A stretch of 41,682 nt of DNA from Ginglymostoma cirratum (taxonomy: Eukaryota): NCBI GenBank assembly GCA_024137785.1, contig JAHRHZ010000085.1, positions 14,422,609 to 14,464,290 of the forward strand, written 5' to 3'. Below are positions 11,090 to 22,089 of the stretch, piece after piece. The number at the start of each line of letters is the position of its first letter. Position 1 is the first letter of the stretch. The position numbers and the translations under genes were made by a program. The notes below the pieces were generated by a model that was given only the letters and a program-made list of their open reading frames with translations, was not told where the DNA came from and did no database searches.

Positions 11090-11452
11090 TTATGATTGAG
11101 GTAAACACCTTCAGGTTTCATCCCTTTTAGCGTTACTTGTTGCAATCTCTGTCACCACGCCCTGCCTTGCCTTCACCCGCCCGACACTCCAGGGGGACCA
11201 TCTGTTCTTTCCAGTCTGGCATTTAGACACATCATTGTTCTGCCATTCTCACACTCCAACCACTTAACCAGCATTATCAGCACCTTTTCTCCCCCAGCTC
11301 TCCACACCCCACCGCCGCTACAGCACAAATGCTGCCCTTCTCCACACCACCTCAGCTCTGATGAAGAGTCATCTCAAATCGAAACATTAGTTTGCTCTCT
11401 CTCCGTGGAAGGTGCCTGGCCCGCTGTGATCTCCAGCAATTTTTTTTATCAG
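11090..11452 (+). mobile_element. Penelope-type 3' end/pLTR with decayed hammerhead
   Basis: C-rich tract followed by agct-CTGATGA-agagtc...GAAAcattagtt (11354-11392); the 3' strand of stem II is mutated. Confidence 0.65.
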
Positions 11453-11529
11453 TGGCTGAATTTTGTATCAGTATTTTGTTCCTAAATCATACACCAACCT
11501 GACTTGGAAATATTATCGCATTAATATAC

Positions 11530-11626
11530 TTCTGATGAAGAGTGACCGGGCTCAAAACCTTAACTCTGCTTTCTCTCCAAGATGCTGCCAGACCTGCAGA
11601 GTTTCTCCAGCAATTTCTGTTTTTGT
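11530..11626 (+). mobile_element. Penelope-derived short element
   Basis: ttctgatgaagagtgaccgggctcaaaacc...gatgctgccagacctgc; the hammerhead GAAA is mutated. Confidence 0.7.
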
Positions 11627-12051
11627 GGAAATGTACTGTCGATCCTGCAGTGTGTGGCCGGGTGAAACTCTTTTCCCCAACAAAGCTGGGTGTACCTCCC
11701 CAGCAAAAAGGCGAAAGGGCGTTTGGGGATACTGCGAACGTCCCCCACATCCCGTGAACAAATAATAAAACCTGGTGTCCACCCATATCACGACAGAATT
11801 ACCTCCACAGTGGGCTACTGAAGGATATCAAAACAACCCAATTGTTGCACAGAAAATGGGTTCAAAATACATTGGCTGAGCTCATTGCTCAAAATATACC
11901 AACTTGTGGTTCTGGGCAGGCTCTTCTCTAATACGATATTGAACATACATTCGTGGAGATTGCAAGCAATAACACTGTCGCTCACACCTTCAAAGTATTC
12001 ATCTGTCCCACGGTGTTTCTCGGGCAGGATTTCAGACTGAGGTATTCAGTG

Positions 12052-12132
12052 AGACCCGAAACGTCAGCCTTCCTGCTCCTCTGATGCTGTTTGGCCTGCT
12101 GTGTTCATCCAGCTCTACACCTTGTTATCTCA
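12052..12132 (+). mobile_element. Penelope-derived short element (single arm)
   Basis: gacccgaaacgtcagccttcctgctcctctgatgctg...ccttgttatctca. Confidence 0.75.
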
Positions 12133-12398
12133 AGAGTTTACAAGAGCTGGCCCAATGCCTGGGTTTGAAATGAATGAATCTGAATTGCCCTCTGCTGGTA
12201 AATGGTTGTAACTTCGTTAATGATGCCTCTGCTGATGTCAACCATCATAAAACCATTACTGTCTGCATCCCCATTAAAGGCACTGAGGACTGATAAACAG
12301 TGAGCTCAGGAATCTGTGAAGATCCCACTCCCTGGTAAACTGATCACCTGATTCTGTCCCACTCTAACATTGTGTTGGACATCAGAAAGTGACAGAGA

Positions 12399-12947
12399 TA
12401 GTAGGAACTGCAGATGCTGGAGAATCTGAGATAACAAAGTGTAGAGCTGGATGAACTCAGCAGGCCAAGCAGCATCAGAGGAGCAGTNNNNNNNNNNNNN
12501 NNNNNNNNNNNNNNNNNNNNNNNNNNNNNNNNNNNNNNNNNNNNNNNNNNNNNNNNNNNNNNNNNNNNNNNNNNNNNNNNNNNNNNNNNNNNNNNNNNNN
12601 NNNNNNNNNNNNNNNNNNNNNNNNNNNNNNNNNNNNNNNNNNNNNNNNNNNNNNNNNNNNNNNNNNNNNNNNNNNNNNNNNNNNNNNNNNNNNNNNNNNN
12701 NNNNNNNNNNNNNNNNNNNNNNNNNNNNNNNNNNNNNNNNNNNNNNNNNNNNNNNNNNNNNNNNNNNNNNNNNNNNNNNNNNNNNNNNNNNNNNNNNNNN
12801 NNNNNNNNNNNNNNNNNNNNNNNNNNNNNNNNNNNNNNNNNNNNNNNNNNNNNNNNNNNNNNNNNNNNNNNNNNNNNNNNNNNNNNNTAACTGCTCCTCT
12901 GATGCTGCTTGGCCTGCTGTGTTCATCCAGCTCTACACCTTGTTGTC
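12399..12947. mobile_element. Fold-back Penelope-derived element spanning the assembly gap
   Basis: Inverted arms on either side of the Ns; 17-bp TSD tcag(a/g)aagtgacagaga at 12382-12398 and 12948-12964. Confidence 0.8.
12488..12887. other. Assembly gap (400 N)
   Basis: Run of n characters. Confidence 1.
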
Positions 12948-13016
12948 TCAGGAAGTGACAGAGACCTGTCATTGGAAGGTCCCCAAAAGAAGGAACAATG
13001 CAGGAAGAATTTGAAG

Positions 13017-13969
13017 TCGAGGTTGTTGACTTGATCACCAAGCTGGCTTGTTTTCATCACCATGCTAGGTAACAGCATCAGTGGAGCGTCTGATGAAGCA
13101 ATGTTGTTCTACCCCGCTTGGAGTTTATAATGTCCAGTCAGTTATGGTGAGTAGTGTCGTTTCCGGTTTTGATCTGTATGGATTTGTACATGGGGTCCAA
13201 TTCTATATGTTTGTTGATAGTAGAGAACCATGCCTCTAGGAATTCCTGTGAATGTCTATGTTTGGCTTGGGCTACTATGGTTACCTTGTCCCATTTAAAC
13301 TGATGCCCTTCATTGTCCGAGTGTATTGGTATTAAGAAAAGTTCATTGTGTCGTTTTGCTACTAGCTGATGCTTATGTATTCTGACAGTTAGTTTCCTTC
13401 CTGTCTGTCCCAAGTAATGTTTGTGGCAGTCATTGCATGGTATTTTGTAAATCACATTCGTTCTGCATGTTGTGGGAATGGGGTCTTTAATCCTTGTAAG
13501 TGTGTGTCGTAGAGTGGCTGTGGACTTGTGTGCCACCAAGATTCCTAGGGATCTTAGGAATCTCGTTGTGAGTTCTGATATGTTCTTGATGTAGGGCGGT
13601 GTGGCCAGTGTCTTAGTGTGTACTGTGTCCTCCTGTTGTTGTCTATTTAGTCGGCACCTGTGGATGAAGTTGCAGGATATCCGTTCATAGTCCATATGGT
13701 TCTCAACCCATAATGCAGTCAACAAACATGTAGAATTGGACCCTATATACAAACTCATACAGAACAAAACCAGAAAATAACACAACTCACCATAATGGAC
13801 CAGACAGTATAAATTCCAAGTGGAGTAGAACAACATCACTTCATCAGAGGCCTCACTGCCGATGTCACCTAGCACGGTGATGAAAAGTATGAATGAAAAC
13901 AAGCCAGCTCGGCGAGTAAGTGAACAACCTCACCCACAACCCGAGCTACAGATCTTTCCTAAAACCTTA
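13017..13969 (-). mobile_element. Penelope-like retroelement, 5'-truncated: GIY-YIG endonuclease C-terminus plus inverted pLTR copy
   Basis: Minus-strand ORF segment PYIKNISE...NVIYKIPCNDCHKHYLGQTGRKLTVRIHKHQ...HQFKWDKV...FLEAWFS. The 3' end is repeated in inverted orientation at about 13695-13969. TSD aag(a/c)atttgaag at 13005-13016 and 13970-13981. Confidence 0.9.
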
Positions 13970-14584
13970 AAGCATTTGAAGATGTTCCATAGACTTATTT
14001 TCAAATCTTTTCATCAGACTCTGAGATTTACCTTCTACAAAGTATGACTGCTTCATGGGAAACTATTCTGCATCACTGATATCCTCTGGCCCCTCACAAA
14101 GTGGTCATTCTAATTGTATGAGCCATGACAATTGTTGTTGGGAGGCAATTCCACTAAGGAGGGCATCATAACAAAACCAATTACCGTTATACTCAACACC
14201 ATCTTATTGTTTGTGTTTGAAGCTCTAGAAACATTCTTAGCTTTAGGGTCATTAGCCCCTCCCAGAAGTGGCTCTGGCCTTTCCTCCAGTGTGTTTCATC
14301 TTGTTTATTAAGTAGATAAATAATAAGTCTCAAGCATCAGGAAAAGAGACATATTTCTCCTTTTCTCAAAAATAAAACTGAAGCTGTGGTTCTATCAGAT
14401 CAGTAAATAAATTTATTTCTTTCAGACATATGAAGGAAGCCAAATAAAACGGTAAATTATTCATGAAGTATAGAAACCAATTGTTCTCTGCCTTAAAAAA
14501 GCAGATTAAAATGAAAAGGTCATTTCCCACATTAAGGCAGATGGGCCTCCTTGTTCACTGTAACAATTCTGTGATTGAGAAAGA

Positions 14585-14786
14585 GGTATTAGGAACTGCA
14601 GCTGCTGGAGAATCTGAGATAACAAGGTGTAGAGCTGGATGAACACAGCAGGCCAAGCAGCATCAGAAAGCTGATGTTTCGGGTCTGGACTCTTTTCTGA
14701 AGAAGGGTCCAGACCCGAAATGTAAGCTTCCCTGCTCCTCTGATGCTGCTTGGCCTGCTGTGTTCATCCGGCTCTACACTTTGTTA
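14585..14786. mobile_element. Fold-back Penelope-derived mini-element with perfect 17-bp TSD
   Basis: Inverted arms around 14693; tctgtgattgagaaaga at 14568-14584 and 14787-14803. Confidence 0.88.
14694..14728 (+). ncRNA. Minimal hammerhead ribozyme motif
   Basis: CUGAAGA-A-GGGUC-CA-GACCC-GAAA-UGU-A: core intact, but helix III is altered from ACGU to AUGU. Confidence 0.55.
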
Positions 14787-15884
14787 TCTGTGATTGAGAA
14801 AGATGCCCAAACCTTGAACTGAATAAGGTCTTCTCTTGGCTGGGACAGAAGTTACACACACACATATTTATAAAATATTGGCTGTATGATTAAACTAACT
14901 GTGAAGTCTTAGATTCCAGGTTGGTTATTTTGAATTTTACAGTCAAAAACTACATCTTCAAAAACTACAATAGATCAACAGCCATCCACAGAAAGCAGCT
15001 TTATCAAAAAGGATTAAAGCCAAGCTTAAACAATGATTAAACTGTTTGTGATGGAACATGATGACTGATTGATTATTGGAAGCTCCTTGGACATTGCCAT
15101 AGAAACATTTAAACAGTTAAACCTCTGCAGCCAGGCTGAGCTGATAACAACTCTGAATTAAGACCATGTTTACTGTCTAATGGTAACAAAATTTACATCA
15201 AAACTTTAACAAAGAAAAAGCTTTATTATCACCACAGCCTCTACATCACCTTTCCACCACGGCTTACTGGAAGTTGGATGGACATTCCAAGGAGGAATGC
15301 TAATTGACTTCCCCTTTCCCTGTTCCTGGCGTTGAGGCCAGCATAACTCACTACAGACATGTATCCTGTGTGGGGTCTTTCCATTCCATGTTGTTCTCCG
15401 GCTGCTGTTTGAGTTTTCTGTCCAAAGGAAGTCCTTGATGATTATTTACTGACCCACAGCAATGTACTGTGATGTTTACTGCAGAAAGGGTGAGGAAATC
15501 TATCCTCATTATTTCAGTGACAAAAAAAATTCCATGAGCTTTCAAGGAATCAATCGAACAAGTTTAAAATAACTTAATGTCTCAAGTATTTTACCCCTCC
15601 CATTTATCTCACAATTTCCTAGGCTAGATCTTTAGCTGACTGATGTTGTATTGCAATGTTCAAAAAACATTCGGAAGAATGATTAGTGAAAGTCATGGAG
15701 ATTGAGATAAGATGACTAATCAACAAATGAGAAACAGCAGGGTGTCGTCATCCTGACTCACCAATATAACCTTTCAGCTTGCTCACGTTAGTAAAATGTT
15801 GCTGATTTCAAATTAGGTGGTTGTCTCAGAAAATGAGAAACTTTGAGGAAATGTATTTCATTTCGAGAGCTATTTATACACTGG

Positions 15885-16013
15885 GCAGCTTCATGCCAGG
15901 GCATGGTACGCTTTGAACCAAATGCAGGTAAATGGGATTAGTGTTTGTGGTGTTTGTTGGTCAGCATAGACATGGTGGGCTGAAAGGCCTGTTTCTGTGC
16001 TGTATGACTCTAT
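15885..16013 (+). mobile_element. CR1 3' tail
   Basis: ccaaatgcaggtaaatgggattag...gggctgaaaggcctgtttctgtgctgtatgactctatg. Confidence 0.75.
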
Positions 16014-16329
16014 GGCACTAGATACAGAGACTGAGGTAACACCAATGAATGGAAATGACAGTGAATGGGTACAACTTCCAAATTCAGTCCAATGAGTCAT
16101 AAGATGCTGCAACAGATTCAGGATTATAGTCTGATTACAGCGGAATTGTACCATAAAGGCATGGATGAGTTCAGAAGGACAGGTTTGAAGATGTTAGAGT
16201 CTAGGATTTAGATGAATTGGTGGAGGAATGTTTTGTGTAGCAGTAAGACATTTCAGTTTAAAGGGCCATCTGTTGTAGCACTGTGTTCTGTACTCAACCT
16301 GTACTGAGTTGAGTCAGACCACTCTGATC

Positions 16330-16560
16330 ACTGCGGTAGAAGTGTTTGAGAAATTGAAGCAGTTAGATGGAGTACATGAAGAGAAACTGTTTTCCATGAC
16401 TGGAAAGTATCAGTGAACGGAGGGCACAGGTTTGAAGTGATTGGAGAAAAAACAGGAATGACATGACAGTAATCGATTTTACTCAATGCCTGGTTGAGTT
16501 TTGAAATTAATTACCTGATGGAGAGGGGTTTACACCTTCGTGGGGTATTGGGATAAATCG
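16330..16560 (+). mobile_element. Old CR1 3' fragment
   Basis: EVFEKLKQLDGVHEEKLF...GHRFEVIG pattern. Confidence 0.6.
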
Positions 16561-17351
16561 AGTTATCCACAAGAGGGACAACAGGTAGGAACAAACAGAT
16601 TGAGCAAGAAATCACACCATAAGGCCTTCATTTAATCTGGAAAATGCATTGATTTGCACTGAACAGTCATCTTAATACGGATTAAAAAGAGATATAGCAG
16701 GAGCTGTTTCCCTCATTTGTGACTCCTGAAAATATGAGTATCATGATCACAGGGCAGAACCCCAAAGTACTTCTACATTGTAATTCCAACATGTGATTTT
16801 TAAAAGGGGGCTGATAAAATCGAACATGGATGTAACTTAAATGGCTATCTGGGAAGAAAGAGACCCATGAAATTTCACATGTACAGATGCAAAGGGAAAT
16901 TGAAACTACTCCCATCAACAGGAACAGAGATTCAAGCAGAGCAGACTGGACTTTGATGTTTTGTGACTACAAAGGTAGTGAGGAGCTGACAATCCCTTGT
17001 TCACCCGCAAGCAAGCCCATCTTCTTCCTTTTTATGACCACTGTTCATTGGGCAGCTACTGGGCATCTGCAGTGAAAAACAGGGCAAGAGTCTGGGGAGA
17101 GCATTTTTAAAAAATCTGCCAGTAGGAGGCAGCAGGAGTACAGTTAGTACTGTCACATCGAATGAAGTTTCCATTTCGTATCAGTGATATATTGATCAGG
17201 ATCTCACACAACACAAAGTTTAGGAAATTACACAAGAGGTTTCAGACTGTTGGCCTCCCTGATACTGTAAATGTAAATTTACTGCCTGACTACACCTTTC
17301 CTGCTCTCCGCATTTGATTCCAGTAGGCCAGGTGGCTTAGGAAAGCCATCC

Positions 17352-17787
17352 TCATCCCATGAAGCTCTTTTTCTTGTTGTCCTTTTCGCTGGTCAGCTTT
17401 TGCCTTTTAGCTATACGACAATTTGTATTGCATTCTTCAAAGCCGAGGCAACGGTAACAAAACTGATGATGGCAATTGGGACATAGTACATCTGGGCAGC
17501 CATTCAGACAGCGTTGTGTTAATGTCTCACATTTGGGGCAGGCCCGCACTTTGGGACACCCATACACTTCACAACCTTTCTGCTTGATCATGCTGCAGCT
17601 CAGAAGCAGAGCGGTCAGGCTGCAGGATTTATTACCACAGCTATCATTCTGTCCGTCAGCATTTTTCCACTCCCTCAGACACTCCCAGCAAAACTGAAAG
17701 GATTTGTCCGATTTCTCTGAGCAAGGCAGACACTGAACACAGCTTCTCCGGATCCATCCTCTGTACATAGAGACTGCAGTTTGGACA
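17352..17787 (-). pseudogene. RBR-like gene last exon (IBR + Rcat/RING2), 2-bp deletion near 17736-17742
   Basis: Acceptor ctcattttgttcctcAG, phase 0. CPNCSLYVQRMDPEKLC in one frame continues as (V)QCLPCSEK...FCWECLREW...FCYRC...FMG* in another. Confidence 0.88.
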
Positions 17788-17994
17788 CTGAGGAACAAAA
17801 TGAGAATTTGTGACATAAACGTATATATTTACAGTAGGAATGTAAATCATAGGAATATGATGATAGCCATGAAAAATAGGGAATGCTATCATTGACATTT
17901 TCTCCTGTTGCTCCACATTAGCCCATTGATCTTGTCTCTGATTTTGTGATGACTGGTTGAAGATAGCTCTGCCAATCTGTTTATTGTTCATAAC

Positions 17995-18190
17995 ATCATT
18001 GAACCAGGAGCTGCCTCTTCAGCCATTATATTTACTCCAACATTCAGTAGATCATGACTGATCTATATCTCAACTTCATTAATCCCATAACCTCTAGAAA
18101 AATTTATCAATGAAATTTGATCAATCTCAGTCTTAAACACCCCAAATGTCCCAGCATCCACAGTGTTTTGAAAGGGAATACTCTGAATTT
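17995..18190 (-). mobile_element. CR1 3' fragment
   Basis: ccaggagctgcctcttcagcc...cagcatccacag...ctctgaatttct, the antisense CR1 tail pattern. Confidence 0.6.
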
Positions 18191-18809
18191 CTATTCAAAT
18201 CAAAGGGGTGACATTCTTTAGCACTTCCTGAAACTCCTCTGTTTAAAAGTCAGTATGTTTCATTTTGAACTCCTTTGACGTAATGTCATTGTTTACTTTA
18301 TGTTTGCAAACCTGGCCATAATTCAAATATGCTTTCTTCATTCTGTTACTCAGCTGCATCTCTTTTTACCTCTGAGCATTCTATCAGTTTAGTAATTGCT
18401 GACAAATTCCATACACACAACTGCTGCTGGCTTTATGCAAATTATCATGGATGGATCTAAATCATATAATTTCAGCATCCTGGTAATTTAAAACCTGTGT
18501 GAGCACATGTTTATAAGAAAAAGAGAAGACAAGTGAATGGAAGTTTATGGAATTTGGTCACAAGTGTCACACAATGAGCTGGTTATGTTATTGACTCTGT
18601 CTCTCTGACTACTGTGCCCAGCTTTTGCCTCAGAGCTATTTAACTTACACACTGCCCATATCTCCTTGTCCTTTCTTGTTTGATGTGACTGGCCAATGAG
18701 AGGGCCTGGCCATCAATGATTTCCCACTGAATATGACCAGTTTACTCTAAGTGAGTTTGATTCAGAGAAATCCTGAATAGAATTTTGAGAATGAAATGTG
18801 GATCCAATC

Positions 18810-19228
18810 AGACCACAAAACAGTGGGGCAGAAACAGGCCATTTTGCCCATCGAGTCTGCCGTTCCATTCAATGAGATCGTTGGCCGATTTGATAATCTT
18901 CAACTCCACTTTCCTGCCTTTTCTTTAGAACTCTTCATTCCTTTATGATTACAAACCTGTCTATTTTATCCTTGAAGATAGAGTAACACAGCGTGGAATC
19001 AGGTCTATCAGCCCAAACTGGTCCATGTGCCCACTCAGCTAGTTCCAGTTTCCTGCATTTGGTCCATATCCCTCTAAACCCTTCCCATCCGTGTGCCTAT
19101 CCAAATGTTTTTTAAATGTTGCTATCGTACCTGCCTCAACCACTTTTTCTGACAGCCCTTTCTATATACGCACAACTCTCTGCATGAAGAAGTTGCCCCT
19201 CAAGTCCTTCTTAAATCTTTCCCCTCAG
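18810..19228 (-). mobile_element. Two adjacent CR1 3' ends
   Basis: Antisense tails starting at about 18810 (caggccattttgcccatcgagtctgc) and about 18980 (ggtccatatccctctaaacc...gaagaagttgcccct). Confidence 0.8.
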
Positions 19229-19292
19229 GAAGAATAGAGGAGCTGAATATTATTTAAATGGAGAAAGATTGTAGGAGTACAGAACAGAACAG

Positions 19293-19424
19293 CCAGTTCT
19301 GATGAAGGGTCCCAACTGGGAACGTCGACTTTCCTGCTCCTCTGATGCTTCCTGACCTGCTGTGTTCCTTCAGCTCCACACTGTGTTGACTCTGGCTCCA
19401 GCATCTGCAGTTCTTGTTATCTCC
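19293..19424 (+). mobile_element. Penelope-derived short element
   Basis: agtt-CTGATGA-agggtcccaactg-GGAA-cgtc-gact...ccagcatctgcagttcttgttatctc; hammerhead GAAA is mutated. Confidence 0.75.
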
Positions 19425-20560
19425 AAGCCTGACATCAGTGGTAGGTAGGTTAATGGAGAGGATACTGAGGGACAGGATCAACCAATGTTTGGATAGTCAA
19501 TGTCTGATTAGTGATAGTCAGCATGGATCTGCGCATGGGAAGTTATATCTGACAAATCTTTTAGAGTTTTTCGAAGAGGTAACCAATAGGATGGATGAGG
19601 TAGGGAAGTAAATGTTGTCTATATGGACTTTAGTAAGGCCTTTGATAAGGTCCTGCACAGCAGTCTAGTAATGAAAGTTAGTCGCATGGGTTCCAAGGAG
19701 AGCTAGCTAATTGGATTCAAAATTGAATCGATGGTAAGAAGCCGAGGGTGTTGTTTAAAGGTTGTTTCACAGACTTGATGCCTGTGGCCAGTGGTCGGTG
19801 CTGGGACTTTTGTTATTTGTTATTTACGTAAATGATCTGGATGTGAATGTACAAGGCATGATTAGTAAGTTTGCGAATGATGCAAAATTAGGAGATATTT
19901 TTCTTAGCGAGGAACATTATCAAAAATTACAGAGGGATCTTGATCAGATGGGGAAGTGGACTGACGATTGGCAAATGCAATTCAATACAGATAAGTGTGA
20001 GGTGTTGGATTTTGGAAAGTCAAACCAAGGTAGGACTTATACAGTAAATGGTAAGGTCCTGAGGAGTGCTGTGGAACAGAGGGACCTAGGAGTATAAGTA
20101 TATAGTTCTTTAAAATTGGCATCACAAGTACACAGGGTGGTGAAGAAAAAATTTAGCATGCTGGTCTTCATCGGTCAAGACATTGAGTAAAGGAGTTGGG
20201 GCATTATGTTACAGTTATATAAGTTGTTGCAGTATTGTGAACAGTTTTGGTCACCCTGTTATAGGAAAGACATAGTTATACTGGAAAATGTGCAAGGAAG
20301 ATATACAAGGATGTTGCCAGGACTATTAGGCCATGAGTTATAGGGAGATGTTGGCCAGGATAGGACTTTATTCCTTGAAACGTAGGAGAATGAGGGCAGA
20401 CCTTATTGAGGTGTGTGAAATCATGAGGGGCACAGATAGGATGAATGCATCTCATCTTTTTCCCAGAGATCCATGGCTTCATGCAAGGGAAATCAAACCT
20501 AACAAATTTATTAGCATTCTTTGAGGAGGCAGCAAGCAGGATAGAAACGGAGAGCAGGTA
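19425..20560 (+). mobile_element. CR1 ORF2 RT fragment
   Basis: SLTSVVGRLMERIL...SQHG...LTNLLEFFEEV; SVLGLLLFVIYVNDLD...SKFANDAKL...WQMQFNTDKCEV. Confidence 0.92.
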
Positions 20561-20859
20561 TGCAATATAGAATAATAGAGTAATACAGCGTGGAATCAGG
20601 CTCTTCGGCAATACTCCCTGTGAGGATATTGGACCCCCTCCAGTTCAAGTGCAACCCATCCCTCTTGTACAGGTCACCTCTACCCCGGAAGAGATCCCAA
20701 TGATCCAAGAACTGAAAACCCCTTACACCAGCTCCTCAGCCATGCATTCATCCGGCCTATCTTTCTATGTTCACTGGTGCGTGGCACTGGGAGTAATCCG
20801 GAGCTCACGGCCCTTGAGATCCTGCTTTTTAACTTCTTACCTAACTCTCTATACTTGTT

Positions 20860-20993
20860 AAAAATCGAAAGAACTGCAAATGCTGTAAATCAGGAACAAA
20901 AACAGAAGTTGCTGGAAAAGCTCAGCAGGTCTGGCAGCATCTGTGAAGCAGAAAACAGAGTTTAAAGTTTTGGGTCCAGTGACCCTTCCTCAG
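20860..20993 (-). mobile_element. Penelope-derived short element with 17-bp TSD
   Basis: aactc(t/c)cta(t/c)acttgtt at 20843-20859 and 20994-21010. Confidence 0.8.
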
Positions 20994-21344
20994 AACTCCC
21001 TACACTTGTTTCTTGGGACCCCATTCCTTTGTCTATCTATGTTATTTGTTCTGATGTGCACAATGACCTCTGGCTGTTCACCCTCCCCCTTCAGAATGTT
21101 CTGCAACTGCTCAGAGACAGCCTTTATCCTGACACCCAGAAAGCAACACACCATCCTGGTGTCTCTTCTGCATCCACAGAATCTCCTGTCTGTCCCCTCA
21201 CAAATGAATCTCCTATCAGTATCGCTCTTCTGACTGCATCCTTCCCCTCTGACCCTCAGAGCCGGTCACAGTGCCACTGACCTGACTGCTGCTGCTAGTC
21301 CCTGAAAGGTCATTCCCCATACAGTATGCAAAGGGGTAAACCTG

Positions 21345-21708
21345 TTTTTTTTTCTTTCTTCATTCATGGGATGAGAGTGTCGCTGGCCAGGCAGCATTTA
21401 TTGCCCATCCCCAGTTGCCCAGCAGGCAGTTAAGAGTCAACCACATTGCTGTGGGTCTGGAGTCACATATAGGCTAGACCAGGTAAGGATGGCAGTTTCC
21501 CTTTCCAAAATGACATTAGTGAAGCAGGTGGGTTTTTCCAACAATTGGCAATGGATTCATGGTCATCATTCCGTTCTTACTTCCAGATACTTATCAAATT
21601 GAAATTCCACTATTTGCCATGGTGGGATTCGAACCTGGGTCCCCAGAATGTTATTTGGATCTCTGCATTAACAGACCAGCAATAATACCTCTAGGCCATC
21701 ATCTCCCC
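21345..21708 (-). mobile_element. tRNA-derived Deu-type SINE (SacSINE1-like)
   Basis: Minus strand has head ggagatgatggcctagaggta, B box ggttcgaatccc, core ccttacctggtctagcc...gactccagacccacagcaatgtggttgactcttaactgcc, and an A-rich tail. Confidence 0.85.
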
Positions 21709-21952
21709 ATTTTTGTTCTTTTATTATTGTTATGTTATTGAGGGGAATGGCCACAGGGGAGCCCTGCAATATCTGCCTTCCCCATTTACCTCTTCCGGTG
21801 GTCACCCATCCGCCTGCAGCCTGCATCTTAGGAGTGATCACTTCTCTATAGCTCTTATCAAGGCTGTTCTCTGCATCCCCGATGATCTTGAGTGGATTTG
21901 GATCTTCAGGAGATCATTGACAGGTACCATACATGAGGCTATTTAATAGCCT

Positions 21953-22082
21953 GGAGACAGTAAGGACTGCAGGCGCTGGAAGCTGGAGTCAATAAATGTG
22001 GAGCTGGAAAAGCACAGCTGTTCAGACGCCATCCAAGGAACAGGAAAGTCAATATTCCAGCCTGAAACCCTTTGTCAGGACT
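21953..22082 (-). mobile_element. Penelope-derived short element
   Basis: ggagacagtaaggactgcaggcgctgg...cctgaaaccctttgtcagga. Confidence 0.7.
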
Positions 22083-22089
22083 AGTTAAT

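Larger units (their letters stand above)
20610..21900 (-). mobile_element. CR1 ORF1 (SGNH-esterase type) fragment, interrupted by a Penelope-derived element and a SINE
   Basis: DHWDLFRGRGDLYKRDGLHLNWRGSNILTG, the esterase C-terminal DGLHL motif. Confidence 0.82.

Noticed and set aside
11487-11786. VLLFVHGMWG resembling an alpha/beta-hydrolase motif
   Set aside because: No other hydrolase motifs, and the ORF runs into a repeat.
12306-13041. Three long ORFs of 187-206 aa
   Set aside because: Artefacts of translating the N gap.
14426-14451. 26-nt + strand exon-like segment (ttctttcAG...GTaaat)
   Set aside because: No partner exons or homology, and the receptor gene already terminates at 5998.
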